NCBI GenBank assembly: GCA_002633005.1
Contig: NMRA01000214.1
Coordinates: 85,336-149,335, forward strand
Length of the DNA stretch: 64,000 bases
Direction: 5' to 3'
Source of the DNA: Phoronis australis
Lineage: Eukaryota; Animalia; Phoronida
A program made the position numbers and the translations under genes. The notes under the pieces were generated by a model. It saw nothing but the letters and a program-made list of their open reading frames with translations, ran no database searches and was not told the DNA's origin. Shown here piece by piece: positions 24,951-37,600 of this stretch (position 1 is the stretch's first letter; every line of letters starts with the position of its first letter).

Positions 24951-27900
24951 AACACTTGTACACCAGGATTTTTTAATATGATAATTTGGGAACATTGATA
25001 TGTGCTAATTGACACAAAAACCAATTTCTAATTCGATTAGTGACCATTCGAGCAAAATGTGAACAGCTTTTAGCGAGGACACTACCGTGTAATTGTTAAT
25101 GATAACAGTGACCCCTGACAATAACTTCTTCGATGTAACCGAAGTTGATCATTCATACTACACCGCAGCGTCGACGCTCCGCTTGTCTACTTTGAAGTCA
25201 ACTGGCACAATTAACTTCGTTTCAGGACCGAAGTTAACCCTCCATACTGACTGCAACTTTCCCAAAACATCGACATGACGACGTTAGAATGAAAGGGCCT
25301 TAGCAGTTTTAACTGCATGTTAAAACACTAACATGGTGTAATTAGTCCGGGTCAGCGTGAATCAGTACTACTATTAGTAAGCGCAACAAATTGCAGAACA
25401 AAAACAGAACAGCTGATCGAATTGAGGCTCTTCAAAATGATTCGGGTCCGATGTCATTTTCACGAAAGACGTCGCTCTAATCGGTTAGCGACTAGTCTTT
25501 CACATATGGCACATCATATTTACAAAATACCGCGAAAAACGGGTGATGAGGCTGGATCTCACGAGATCATATCAGTTCGCCAAATAAACCACAGAAAAAC
25601 ATTTCGTCATTGTTGTAATTTGAATAAGTTTTGGAGCAGTTAGGACTAAGTTCTTAACGAAAATGGTAATCATAATCCTTGTAGATGAGAAATTCCGTAT
25701 TTGTCGACTAGTTTATGTATCAAAGTAAAGACTTATCTTACTTGTCATGCATACTCAGGGAATTCCCTGTCAAAGGAATACCCGAATAGAATCACGACGA
25801 ATGCGGACGATATATTGGAGTACCTGTAGTATTAATTGAAGCAATTTTAAAACGAAAAACGTCATTGAAACGGTTTATTTATCACTAAGTGAACATAAAA
25901 GGTTCACTGTGCGATTAAAATAAAACTAGCAGAAGAAGCACAGTTGACAGGTCAACTAATTGCGCTATTGACGTTCCCACAGTGAACTGCAGTTTCATTG
26001 TTTGCTCATTAGCCCTGTAGTTCACCAAACTTTGGTAGATCTTTGCCGTGCACTAATTACAATANTCTCCAGTACCGGTCCTAGTTATATTTCCTCACGC
26101 TTCGCGCTGTTGCTGTTTCATTTTGGTTGCGGCAGCCCTTGTCCCCCCCCCTAATTCTGCCTATGTGTTCCAATTACCAATTAGTGATACAATTAAAGGA
26201 AATTATCAAGTAGTGTACATGTATGCTAACCCTGAGGCTCTGACATCAACAAGTGATGGTGTGAAACGCTGGCAAAACAAGGTATTAGCTCCTAAAACAA
26301 GGAATTAGCTTCCAATGTGGCAATTGTGGTAATCAACAAAGGACACATTGTCACAATGTGTTATAATGGTGAGTTTAATGCAGACAAAAATACTTTCAAT
26401 AACATCTATTCGTATCACAACAGGTTTTACAGCACAAATTTTTATGCCTTTTCTAATACCCGGAATTTCCAAATCTGAGCCTGGAAGTTTTACGAAAATC
26501 TGGGAAAGCTGCCAAAAATAATCAAAAACATAAATTTATTCAATGCAGATGCACTATATGAAAAATGCCTCCCAAGAGACACGACAACCTGAAATTAAGA
26601 AGGAACTCAACAGCCCTTTTAGGTCACCCTGAAGTACAAAAATTGGGACAGAGTCGGAAATCCACATCTGATTCATTTAAATAATATTTTCATGGGTGAT
26701 TTTATTGTCAAAATTGCCCTTTAATTTTTGATAGAGTAACACCATCAGTGACAGTGTTATCAAAGCAACAAGTGTGCAGAGAACATCATATAGGCATCCA
26801 TTCTTAACCTTAACTATATATAGGAAATCCAAAATCTATAACATTTTAAATGTTTATGTAAAAGTAATTCTGTATTATACATTGAGGTTAGATGCTAAAG
26901 ACACAATTGTAACGTTTCATTATCTCGTTAAACCATTTATTTTTTCCAAAACGTATGTAAACAATAACGTTTATCACATGGCACAAGTTCCCTTTGTATG
27001 TACATGTCTAACCAACTAAAATTAAAATATTATTCTTTGATCAAAACCCCTTTAAGCATATTAAGCACTGAGATCATTCAGTGACTAACTCACTACGCAA
27101 ATGATTTTAACAACACACACAAACGCGCGCACATAGCTTACATATCAGAAAGTCCCTCACGATTTTTCAGCGTTATGTCATGACTCTTTAACCACACGGG
27201 TACTGCCACTATTATCTGCTTCAGAGTCATTAACTGCAATGGACTATTGATATCTGTTGTCACTTATGATTTTTACCTTTCGTCACTGACATTTTTAAAG
27301 ATGGTGTAAACTACCACACCATCACAAAAGATCAAAAAGTAAACAATAAATTGTCATCACTTTTACAACCTTTTTTCTTAAAGCAGATCCTCTTATGAAC
27401 AAGAACAGTCGTCCATTAGTTTTACAGTTAACTACATACTGAATTTCAAAAATTAATTATGCAAAAATTCTCTAGTTTGGGACAGTGAATAATTCTTTTG
27501 ATCGAAGTCGGAGCTTGTCCCAATTTTTAGAAATTCTCACAATTGTCTGTCAGAAATTCAAGGGTAATGGTAACAATTTATTAAATGTCTGTCATGAGAG
27601 TCACTTTTTATGAACTTACAGGAGTATTCTTGCAACCTGCTATGCTACAACATAGCGTTAGGAATTTGAAAAGTACGAAAATATACAAATCACTCACGCC
27701 TCAAATTTCATGATGAAAAAAATTAAATTTCAGCCGTGATTTCTGTGTTCTGAATTTAGGAGGCTGACTCAATCTGGAGAATTTTTAATGTAATATATCA
27801 CCGATCTAATTGCTATCATCAACTTGTCACCTTTGCTAAAAATATATGTCTTTCACAATTTTCCAAAGAAGCAGCTTCTCATCCAGGTCCCTCATGGGAA

Positions 27901-30900
27901 GTCTAAGCACACTTTTTTCTGATGTTTTGCAAAGATCATCCAAAGATGTACTGATTTTAAACAACAGTTTCCGATCAAGTTGCTCAGTTGAGTCTTTAGA
28001 CACGTTTGACAGGAAAGGGTTGGATTATTGATAATCTTCAGACACTGAATACCCATGGTCAACTAACACGGACTCAAATTTAACTATCTCTTTGCTCCTG
28101 TTGGCTTCTTAGAAACAGATGGCGAATCAATTAGTACATGTTTCTGTCGATCTTCAGACTGAGCAATGAGAATGCTGACATCCACTCTTGCTGATTTCTG
28201 CAGCTGTGTGAGTTTTGAACAAAACGGAATGAATGTGCTGCAGATAAACACAGGCCTAGTGCCCAGCAAATCATTGTTGAATTGAATGTAAATGAGTTCA
28301 AAAAAATCCAAGTACCTCTGCTTTAATATAACATTTTTAACTGTGTGTGCGTGAGAGTCAGAGTATACCAGTTTGCCACATAATATGCATGTCTTTGTTT
28401 TTCAGTAGAGTAGTACAGTTCATCATCTGAAATTAAACATACGTAAACAGCAAAGGCTTTCAATTTTTACTAGCATGACTGATGTGCCTCCTAGAATTAT
28501 CTGTGTTCAAGTGAGTTGACTTACGGCTGTAAAATTTTAATCAAGCTGATCAATTTTAGTACTGCAGATGGGAAATATGTTTAATCAAAATTTTGCAGAA
28601 ATTCTATAGTTACAGAATTACAAAATATGACTCTGCTCGGATATAATGGTCCCTGACATGGATAACAAGTTTCATCCACTGATAGTAACATACGCCGGAA
28701 CATTTAAGGCGAATTATGCCTCACACTGGCGGGCGCGGTAAAAACAGGTGAGCGCGCAGTGTAAAACTGGCCAGTTGACAATTTGGGCAACTGAACCAAG
28801 GACTGAATGAAGAAAAATTTACATTACAGGAGTATTTGTTTGAGTTGGGAGAAATTAAAGACATCAATGGGTACCTAAGGTGTCTCTCTATGAGCAGGAG
28901 GTACTTAAACAACATGACTTTCATATTTTAATCAGTGTGAGGCATAAGTCACCGAAAATCTATCAATGTATGAAACTCCCTGAGGAGCTTCACTGTCTCT
29001 ACTGGGGCCAGCTAGAGACGGTGGTAACTATCTAATCCAGTTGTTACATTCATCAACTTTTTTTGACCATGTCCTTGTCCTGTTGTTTTTTTCCCATTTT
29101 TCCCTAGTATAAAGTGACCAACAACACATGTATTCGCCTGGTCAAGTCTAGGCATTAGCTGTCACTAGTGAGTTCTATCTGGTTAACACTAACAGCCTGA
29201 TTCCGTGATGTATACAGTAGCTAGTGAACCTGCACTGAAGTTATTACAACATACTGAAAACGTCATTATCAAAACCAGGGAACATTATATCCGACTTGTT
29301 TCCAAAGTAGTTAGTTGTGATAAGACTGAACTCTAAAGTCGAAGTCCAAGCGGCCACGGCACAGTCACAGTGATGTGTCGAAAATCACCATGCAATTTAT
29401 CTTCAATTCAAACCCCTTTTAACTCACTTTTTAAGCAAGTACCATCGTGCAGGCGTACATGGCTGGTCCAGGTTAGATTCCTGGTTCGCATATTGATCTG
29501 AGTCGGCATTTACAACAGTTGTTCAGTAACATTTACATTGATTCAAATACGCGATAGACCTACTGCGGTGAACCAGAAATCGCGAGCCTCCGTGTTTACA
29601 AAAGCGCCGTCTACCGCGCAATATGATAGAAGTGAACTACTTTCGCGCAGGCAAATGTACTCCATATGAGTAAGATAACACACGCAGTGTTGGCTTACGT
29701 AGTAAATGGGTCCGATGTATGCTGACTGAGATCAGTTACCCATCAGTGAATGCTCTAACCGTGTATACGAGCCACTAAACATTTCACAAACAGCACACTT
29801 ACTGACTTATACTTGTCCATCAAAAGCCTTGTATTGTTGTAATGTAAAACCTTCATGAGTTCGAACATTCAGTCTTGTCCTCGTTGTTTCTCACCTATCG
29901 AACGAGTCGCTTACAGGTCCACGTCTTGTTGGTAATGCCGCTTTTTGTACTGGCTGACACGTCTTTTTCTGAATCTCGTAGAGCAGTACTACTGCGTTTC
30001 GCCTTCGGACGTACAGTACATAGACCTACTAGTCTCCGCCATTTGTATAAATTCTGTTGACCTCTAGATCTATGGCTGCGCATGCGTTGTTGTAATGTTT
30101 ACATCTATTACAACATCCCGGATAGTATATTCTTTGTAAACATTTCATTCGTTTGTAGAATTTACAACGATTTTTTCAAAATTTGTGCACAAGTTGAAAG
30201 TTAATAACTTTTTGAACTCCATGTCACATCAAAAAACCGGCTTAAACGGTGGTAAGAGGTTTTTTCTTCTATAACTCGGACCATAGGCCTTTAAGATCAA
30301 AATTTTGCTAAGTAATAGTAATGCATAACGTACCCCCATTTTTCTCCACCAAATAATGGACATCAAATTGATTCTCAAAATGTGGGCACGTTATGTACGA
30401 CTATTGCTGAAAACAGTTGCTTGAACACAAACTTTGGTTTTTGGTTTTCGGTCTCAGCTTTAACGGAAATTGGGTCGATTTTAGGTGAGCAAACAAATGA
30501 TGCTTTCGCCACCTTTTGCAAATTAGAAAAACTGAGCGAGGCGAAGTGTGAAATACGATTTCAGGAATAAGCTTGGTTTGATACACTAAACAGGGAATTT
30601 GTTGCAATATTTTGGATACAATAGTGATCTCGTTTACGTAAGAAGACCCTGGTTTGGTCACATGGGAACAAATCATTTTGGAAATCTGTTGCTTATCCGT
30701 TTACAGTTATAATAGTCGTAAATGTCTGTCATCAGATGAAAGGTCTAATTATAAGCATACTACTTAGCAGGCTAATTTTTGGATGTTACAGCGATTTCAG
30801 TCTTAACTTTGATCTGAAGAAATTTATCAAACAGGGCTAAGACATTTTGGTCTTGCGTTAGCCCGATTTCAATTTAAGTTAAGACTGAAAGGCTTCATGA

Positions 30901-32152
30901 AACGGTTCCCTGTGGTGCATGCGTTCTGTAGTCCCAGGACGATAGCGTTGCAAATCTTTGCTTTTGAAACGAAATCGGTGAATTTTATCCCAAAATTTAA
31001 GATTTCTACTATAATTCAACATCCAGTCTTACCGACCAATCACTTCAGTTTCCGGCATTTTGCCTTACTAGTAAGCTTCCGAACATACTCGCTAAACACG
31101 CGCCTTTCACTCCCGTGGTTCTGTGTGTTCTTGCGCGATCTTGCTTTCTTCACAGGAAGCTTGGAATACAGGACGCCAACCTCGTATTCACGATGAAACC
31201 GTCCCTGAAATGTTAACACATGTGTACAACTACAAGTATGCCAAAACGAGGCTTTGTGTTCCTTTTACGCGCTTTTTCATGGGACCATGCAGTTTCCGAC
31301 CAGATGCTACGGCCAAAGGTTTCGACTTGTTGAGACCATTTTCTAAACGTAAATATGTCTGCTTCAGAGTTTAGTAACCTAGCTCCGTATTGAATATCGA
31401 AGAAGGTTGATGCATTAAGGTTTAAGAAGGTGGGATTTACATAATCCGTTACGTAATAGTGACTTATAGTTTAAGTAAATGAAACTCGTGCACTGTAGCC
31501 TATGTGTGCTAGGCCTATGCAGCCGATTTCATAAAGGTGGTTTAACAAAACCAGGTTTAAGACTTAAACCCGGTCTTCCTAAACCTGGTCTAATTTTAGA
31601 CCTGACATGCATTTCACCAACATGGTTTAAGAGTCTGAAAGCCTGGTTTTGCTAGACCAGGGAGCTGGTTCAATAAAACCAGGTTTAAAGTATCAAAGGC
31701 ACCCCACTGTACGTGTCGAGCTGGGTAAACCCAACAAAGGAACTGTTGAAGTGCTTCAATGAAATCTTGATCACGTGGGTATACAATGGCATACACTAGT
31801 AGAATCAGTGCAGACATTGACGAAAAACATATAAAAGCTTTTCTCATGAGGAAAACTGTAATTTCTGTGCCAAACACACACATTAAAGAACATGCTCATG
31901 GATTAGATGTAACATGATAAATGCCCAAATTTATTTCCTTGTCATTTTAGTGGTTATTTTCCGCGGCCAAAGGGGGGCAAGACCCCTTCGTGACAACATT
32001 ATATTGGAGAACTGTGGAGGTGGAACTCAGTCAGAAGAATCGGAAGATGCTGTCTTTAGTCAAATCCGTAGCGCTTACGACGATGACGCCCTGCTCGACC
32101 ACTCGTATTTCGAGAAATTCGCAGGACACACTCCAGCAAGTACTGGTCTACG

Positions 32153-32309
32153 CATAGGCGGATCCACGGGGGTCAAGGGGTCCGGAGTCCCCTTTTTCCC
32201 TTGATTTTAGTGATATCAAATCTATAATTTTCAAGTTACTGACTTGGCCCCCTTTTCAAAAAGTCTTTGACCGCCCCCCCCCCCTTTAAAAATCCTGGAT
32301 CCGCCCCTG
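32153..32309. mobile_element. 157-bp hAT-type MITE with 5-bp TSD (hAT5-like)
   Basis: Termini cataggcggatcc...ggatccgcccctg; ctacg at 32148-32152 and 32310-32314. Confidence 0.8.
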
Positions 32310-32570
32310 CTACGTTTGATCTTGTGTCATAGTAAACCTGAATATTGAAAATAGCCCATTTTTGCTCTAAAACTGCGTCGCAAATGCACTCCGTGGCATC
32401 ATTCAGTTGTACCTATACAATACAAGTCTGATATATTTAACAGTTAAACCTAGGTCTGACCAAGTCTAAAGTTAAACATGGTTTAAGATTTTAATACAGG
32501 TCTAAAGAGTATAGACCTCGTTGGTGAAATGAAACCTGACTTAGACCAGGTCCAAACTGGAGATAAACTA

Positions 32571-34052
32571 GGGCCCAGTCTCCAATCTCCGTACTCAGAC
32601 TCGAATCATGCTCAAACTCACACTTCATACTCAACTCGAGTACAGACTCAGCTTTGGTGTATTCAATGTCATACTCGAAAAATCTGTACTCGAAATTTCG
32701 AGCACGTACTCAGTATTCGAGTGTACTCGAACTGAAGTGTATCTCATCTATATTTCGAGTACGATTTTGAGTAAAAATTCGGAGTCTATGCTCAAATTTC
32801 AAGTTTGGTATGGCAGTGTGCTTGAAATCGTACTCGAAAATAAATACGAGCCAGAGAACAAAATATAGAAAGGGAACTAAGAAACACAGCAAATATAAAA
32901 AATAAGTCCTCTTACCGTATCTCAGCACTTCAATTTCAGTTCAGAGATAATAGTTTTCATCTTAAATCTTCTTATTCTTCACCTTATCAACCCGCCGTAT
33001 CACTGTATGTTATGGCCGCCATTCTACCTCTACAATTCCTGGCAACAGGCGCATTGTAATCCTTTGTCTGCGAGTCATAACAAGCGTCGAAAGCAGTTGT
33101 GGGAAAAGTCGTGTGAGAAGTTTGTGCTGCCCTTATTTCGGTATGTGTGCCTACNAGCAAACTTGCTGTTAGTGATGCCTGCAACAAATGCCAGTAGCGA
33201 ACGAGCATTTAGTGCTCTTAGGCGTGTTAAGTCATATTTACGTTCCACAATGGGACAGGGGAGGTTGAACCATTTAATGTTGCTCCATGTTCACAAAGAC
33301 ATGTGCAATAAGCTAAATTTGGTGGATGTGGCAAACGATTTTGGACGAGGAAGTGAAATGCGAAAGGCACAACTCGGGGTTTTTACCACGTTAGACTTAG
33401 CTGCAGCCCGAGTTCTAGTGTGCAGCAGGGCAACGTCCACTGATTTATGTTGAAGAGTAAATAAAAACATATATAATTATTTCACACATTCATTCTTACT
33501 GTTCAGCAAGAGTAATCGTATGAGCGGCATGTATGTTGCTCCAAATATTTCCAGTCAATCTTAACAAAAAATTAACTCTAAAAGTACAGCATCTGTTACA
33601 CACCTTATAGTAGACATATTTTTTCATATAATTCAAAACGTACCTAGTGGTTGCAGTAGTTCATTTTACAGCGTTGATATATACACCCCAGTGCAACTCA
33701 GTGGTTTCGAAATTAGAAGTTACGTATCGACCAGGGTCGGTGCCCCCCCAATAATTTTTACCTTCCTACGGGCGTGATTTATTTTCGAGTACGATTTCAA
33801 GCACACTGCCATACCAAACTTGAAATTTGAGCATAGACTCCAAATTTTTACTCAAAATCGTACTCGAAATATAGATGAGATACACTTCAGTTCGAGTACA
33901 CTCGAAAACTGAGTACGTGTTCGAAGTTTCGAGTACAGATTTTTCGAGTATGACATTGAATACACCAAAGCTGAGTCTGTACTCGAGTTGAGAGTGAAGT
34001 GTGAGTTTGAGCATGATTCGAGTCTTGAGTACGGAGATTGGAGACCGGGCTC
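32571..34052. mobile_element. Nested element with ~285-bp near-identical inverted arms
   Basis: 32571-~32856 is the reverse complement of ~33777-34052; the arms are rich in gtactcga/tcgagtac motifs. The near-identical ORFs 32608+ and 33766-34014- reflect this. Confidence 0.85.
33007..33776 (+). mobile_element. hAT transposase C-terminal dimerization fragment (ZMYM1-like) with its 3' terminus
   Basis: LLVMPATNASSERAFSALRRVKSYLRSTMGQGRLNHLMLLHVH; hAT-like end cccccca...cttcctacgggcgtg at ~33743-33776. Confidence 0.85.
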
Positions 34053-34274
34053 GGGTCTAAGTCCAGTTTAAACCAGGTTTAACTTTAAACCACCTTTATG
34101 AAATCGGCTGATGGTGTTGCTTGGCCGATTTATTCTTTATGACGACATTTGTAGTTCCGTTTGGTATTGTCTTGCATCATTCAGACAACGAAAGTACTAT
34201 AGGCCTATAGTTCGCCAACTATTTCAGTTAAAGATCTGTCTTCCAGTGCGGATGAATTTGTTTATTCTGTTCAG

Positions 34275-34616
34275 ATGGTCCAAGAAGAGTCAAGTTGATC
34301 GACGACACGACTGGTGACAGTGTGCAAAAACAATACAATGTCTTCGAAAATCAAAAGGTGGTCATTAACTGTCAATCCAGCGACGCCAATCCCTCGGCAA
34401 ACATCACGTGGCACACGCATTCTAACAAAACGGGTAGTATCGATTACGACGTAGCTCCCACAGTTTGTAGCGGAGCATACCGGTTGCAAAAATGTAGCAA
34501 AAAAATCACATTCCTTGCTGATAGAAAGCATCACATGAGTCGCCTAGAGTGCATAGCTACAAACCCTGTCGCCTATCATTTAATCGCCAGAGGCGAAGTT
34601 GAAGTAACTGTGATGT
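34275..34616 (+). CDS. Ig-like exon 1 (nephrin/CD80-like C2-type)
   Basis: ttcAG|at ggt cca...gtg atg t|GTAAGT, 342 bp; VVINCQSSDANPSANITW...ADRKHHMSRLECIATN. Confidence 0.9.
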
Positions 34617-37600
34617 GTAAGTGTCGCATTATACATAGACCAGTGCACTTGCTTTGCCAAAGTGCACTTCAACAATGCTCATCGGCTTTTGCTTTTGTAA
34701 CTGTGTAAGATTTCAGATGTGTTGCCTGTCATGTCGATCTGCTGTTGTACTGAGGCTGCTTGTAGAAGAATCTATTGTTTTATAACTTTTGACTAAAATT
34801 AAGTTGATGCATGACTCGCAGAGTTTCGCAAAATCATGGACCGGTGTACTCGAAATTGAACTTGAACGTATTTTTTAATTCACCGCTTTGCTTTTGTACA
34901 ACACCAAGATAAATGTCTATTAGTTTGTACTCGAGTACGTTATGGTTCATGCAGCTAATTTTCTAGTAATTTCGCTCTTGGCGAGTTACAATTTCGAATA
35001 AAAACTCTCGATATGTCGAGTAAACATGCAAACTTTGGAGTTCGTATTTAAACTTTAAGCCTTATGTCTCTCTAGGACCTTAATGACGGTCTTAGCATTT
35101 GGCGAAATATTTACAAAGCTACAGAATATAACCCAGCAAAAGCATATAAATTATTTTCTGAAAGCATAAAATATATAGAATTCAATTTAGACTTTATAAC
35201 AATTCACCGTGAATTTGATCGCGTGTTCATTACTTTTTTGTAAAATTTGGGAAATTGGACAGGTACATTCGTTCCAAGAAAACGGTAAAGGTGAGATCTC
35301 AGTTACAATTTTTTAAATTGTCGCTAAGTTTTTCTTTAATAAGCAAATTTTGATTTTTTTCGTAAAAAAATCCTTGAAGTCCCGTTTGTTGATAGTCCCT
35401 CATTCAAAATTAAAATATTTTAAAAATAATTTTTAACAGCATGTTGTAGAACAGTGCATAAAGCGTATTATCTAAAAGTTTCATTTGAATCCCATCAGCT
35501 GCTTCCAAGTTATGATGTTCCCAAATTAGCCAACTTTAACCATTTGACTAGGGTCCTTGATACCCTTACTGCCGGAGTCACCATATGCAAACTACGGTTT
35601 GACAGTAAGCCATTATGCACAAAATAATAGACACATAAAAGTAGAAAACACCAAAAATGATTTTGCGTAGAAAGATTAGACTCCGAACAACAAGAAAATA
35701 TGTCTGCAACTTGATTCCAAAAGACGAAAAATCCCGGCGTAGCCTGCTCGTCTACACACTCACACCTGAGAGACAAGAAATCCTTTTTGACAAGACTTCG
35801 AGACACTGGCTCCTGCAGCAGTAGCCAATATGGCTACAGACGTCGCTAAGAATTCCATGAACTGAGACGCTTAGAACATTAAACCAACGGGTGTTCGTGG
35901 AAATGGTGACTACAACAGGCTTCACCGAAAACATAAAAGCTTTCCGATCCAAATGTTGCATCAGAAAATACATGCAATATGATCGAGTTTTTCTGAATTT
36001 TCACTTGCCCACTGGTTAAAATTTGTATTTTTGTACGTTGTTAAAATAGTGTCTTTCCAGTTGGTCCGGAGAAAACTTCACTGTTGACTTCCATTGATTA
36101 CGCTCTCCCTGGAGAAGTTGTACACTTGAAGTGTTATACTGACGAGGTGTATCCAAACGCGTCTGTACATTGGCAGCACGACCTCACATGGGCAACTATC
36201 ATTGGCCGTGAAGATTACGTCCTTGAAAATTTCTTCCAAGGAGTAAAAACTTATGTTTCTTTCTCTTCGCTCATCTTCAACGCTAGTCAAGCTGACAATG
36301 GGAAATCTGTAATATGTCACGCGCAAAATATTATACCTGGGATACCGAGAGTGTCGTCGGAGTTAAAAATTAAAATAGCATGTATGTATCATTTTACTAC
36401 TGTCGAATAGGCTTTCTGTCAACATCGCTATCATTGGTGCCAACGGCGTTGTGCGCCTGTTCAACAGATACCTATATAGGTTGATGTATGTCTCTAAAGC
36501 CAAGAAATTATTAGGAAAAGTACTATGAAGGCACTACTGCGTATTGTTGCGCTGTCTGTCAAAATTATTTGCATATTTTAGTCAACATCATTTTCTTATT
36601 TGCTTCTGAGTGCCAGTTCACCGCAAGATCGTCCAGACATTTTGGGATTTTACAAACAGCAGTCACACACTGTAACAAAACGTTGCACAATCCAATACAT
36701 TTTATCTATCTGAAGATGGCGCTGCTCTTCCATATGTTTTTGAGACTAGTATTCTACCTATATGGGAAACTAGTCGTAACGTGGGAACACGTGGTAACGC
36801 CAATGGAGTCATAATATTCCCACGGTACTTCTGAAGGGTCATGGTACCATTAATTCATCAATATGCCAAAGTAAAAAATAAAATGTTTGAGACATCACTG
36901 CACTGCAATTAAAGCCGACGATTGGAATGGAATTTGGAAAAATTAAAAGTTCACCATACAATTTGGGTATATGTGTTCATGTATAGTACTGGTTGTAGAT
37001 GGCCCAGAGACACTAAGGTACGTTTTCCCTGGCGTCCACACATGTTCACCGTTGACATGTGCCGTCCCAGTTGGAACAGTCTTCATAATTCAGTGTGTTA
37101 CCGATGACGTGTCACCAGCGGTGCGCATGGAGATCGAATTCACAAACAAAACGTTCTCGTGGCGCGAACAACCAAAGATCCGGACTGACGTCAATCTGTC
37201 GTACAGAGCAACCCTTGCGCTGAACGTAACGTCGCACTACGACGGATCGTCTGTAACATGTGAAGCTAAAAATGCTGTGCGATTGGACAAGGTCCAATCG
37301 ATAAAGACCGGAATAGATGTACTAGGTACCTTCCGTTGATTTTTATCTAAACTAGTTGACACTTGGCCAATTCACAACTTGTAGGCAACCATGTCAGTGA
37401 AAGTATTGATATCGTCACCGTCTTCAACTGTATAATCCGGCAACGTCTTCCACAGTCCGTAATAAGGCAAATGATCCTTGCAATACTTCAAGATTGAAAC
37501 TGTCTCTTATGTTATGTTAGGATAACTGGTAATTGCATAATTATGTTCCACGTTAACATGGTTAGACTTAAACACCTAGGTAGATTTAGCACTACTTCAT

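Larger units (their letters stand above)
31520..34110. mobile_element. TIR non-autonomous DNA element with 3-bp TSD (ATG), carrying nested insertions
   Basis: 26-bp perfect TIR cagccgatttcataaaggtggtttaa / ttaaaccacctttatgaaatcggctg; atg at 31517-31519 and 34111-34113; internal aaaccaggtttaa motif arrays. Confidence 0.85.

Noticed and set aside
27600-30100. Minus-strand coding-like fragments, possibly a decayed THAP-type or other transposon gene
   Set aside because: Many stops and no motif I can identify with confidence.
31914-32204. ORF MINAQIYFLVILVVIFRG... as signal peptide of the Ig gene
   Set aside because: It lies inside the 31520-34110 TIR element, runs into a MITE and has no convincing donor.
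32608-34014. Two near-identical ORFs (32608+ and 33766-34014-) suggesting duplicated genes
   Set aside because: They are translations of the inverted arms of a non-coding transposon.
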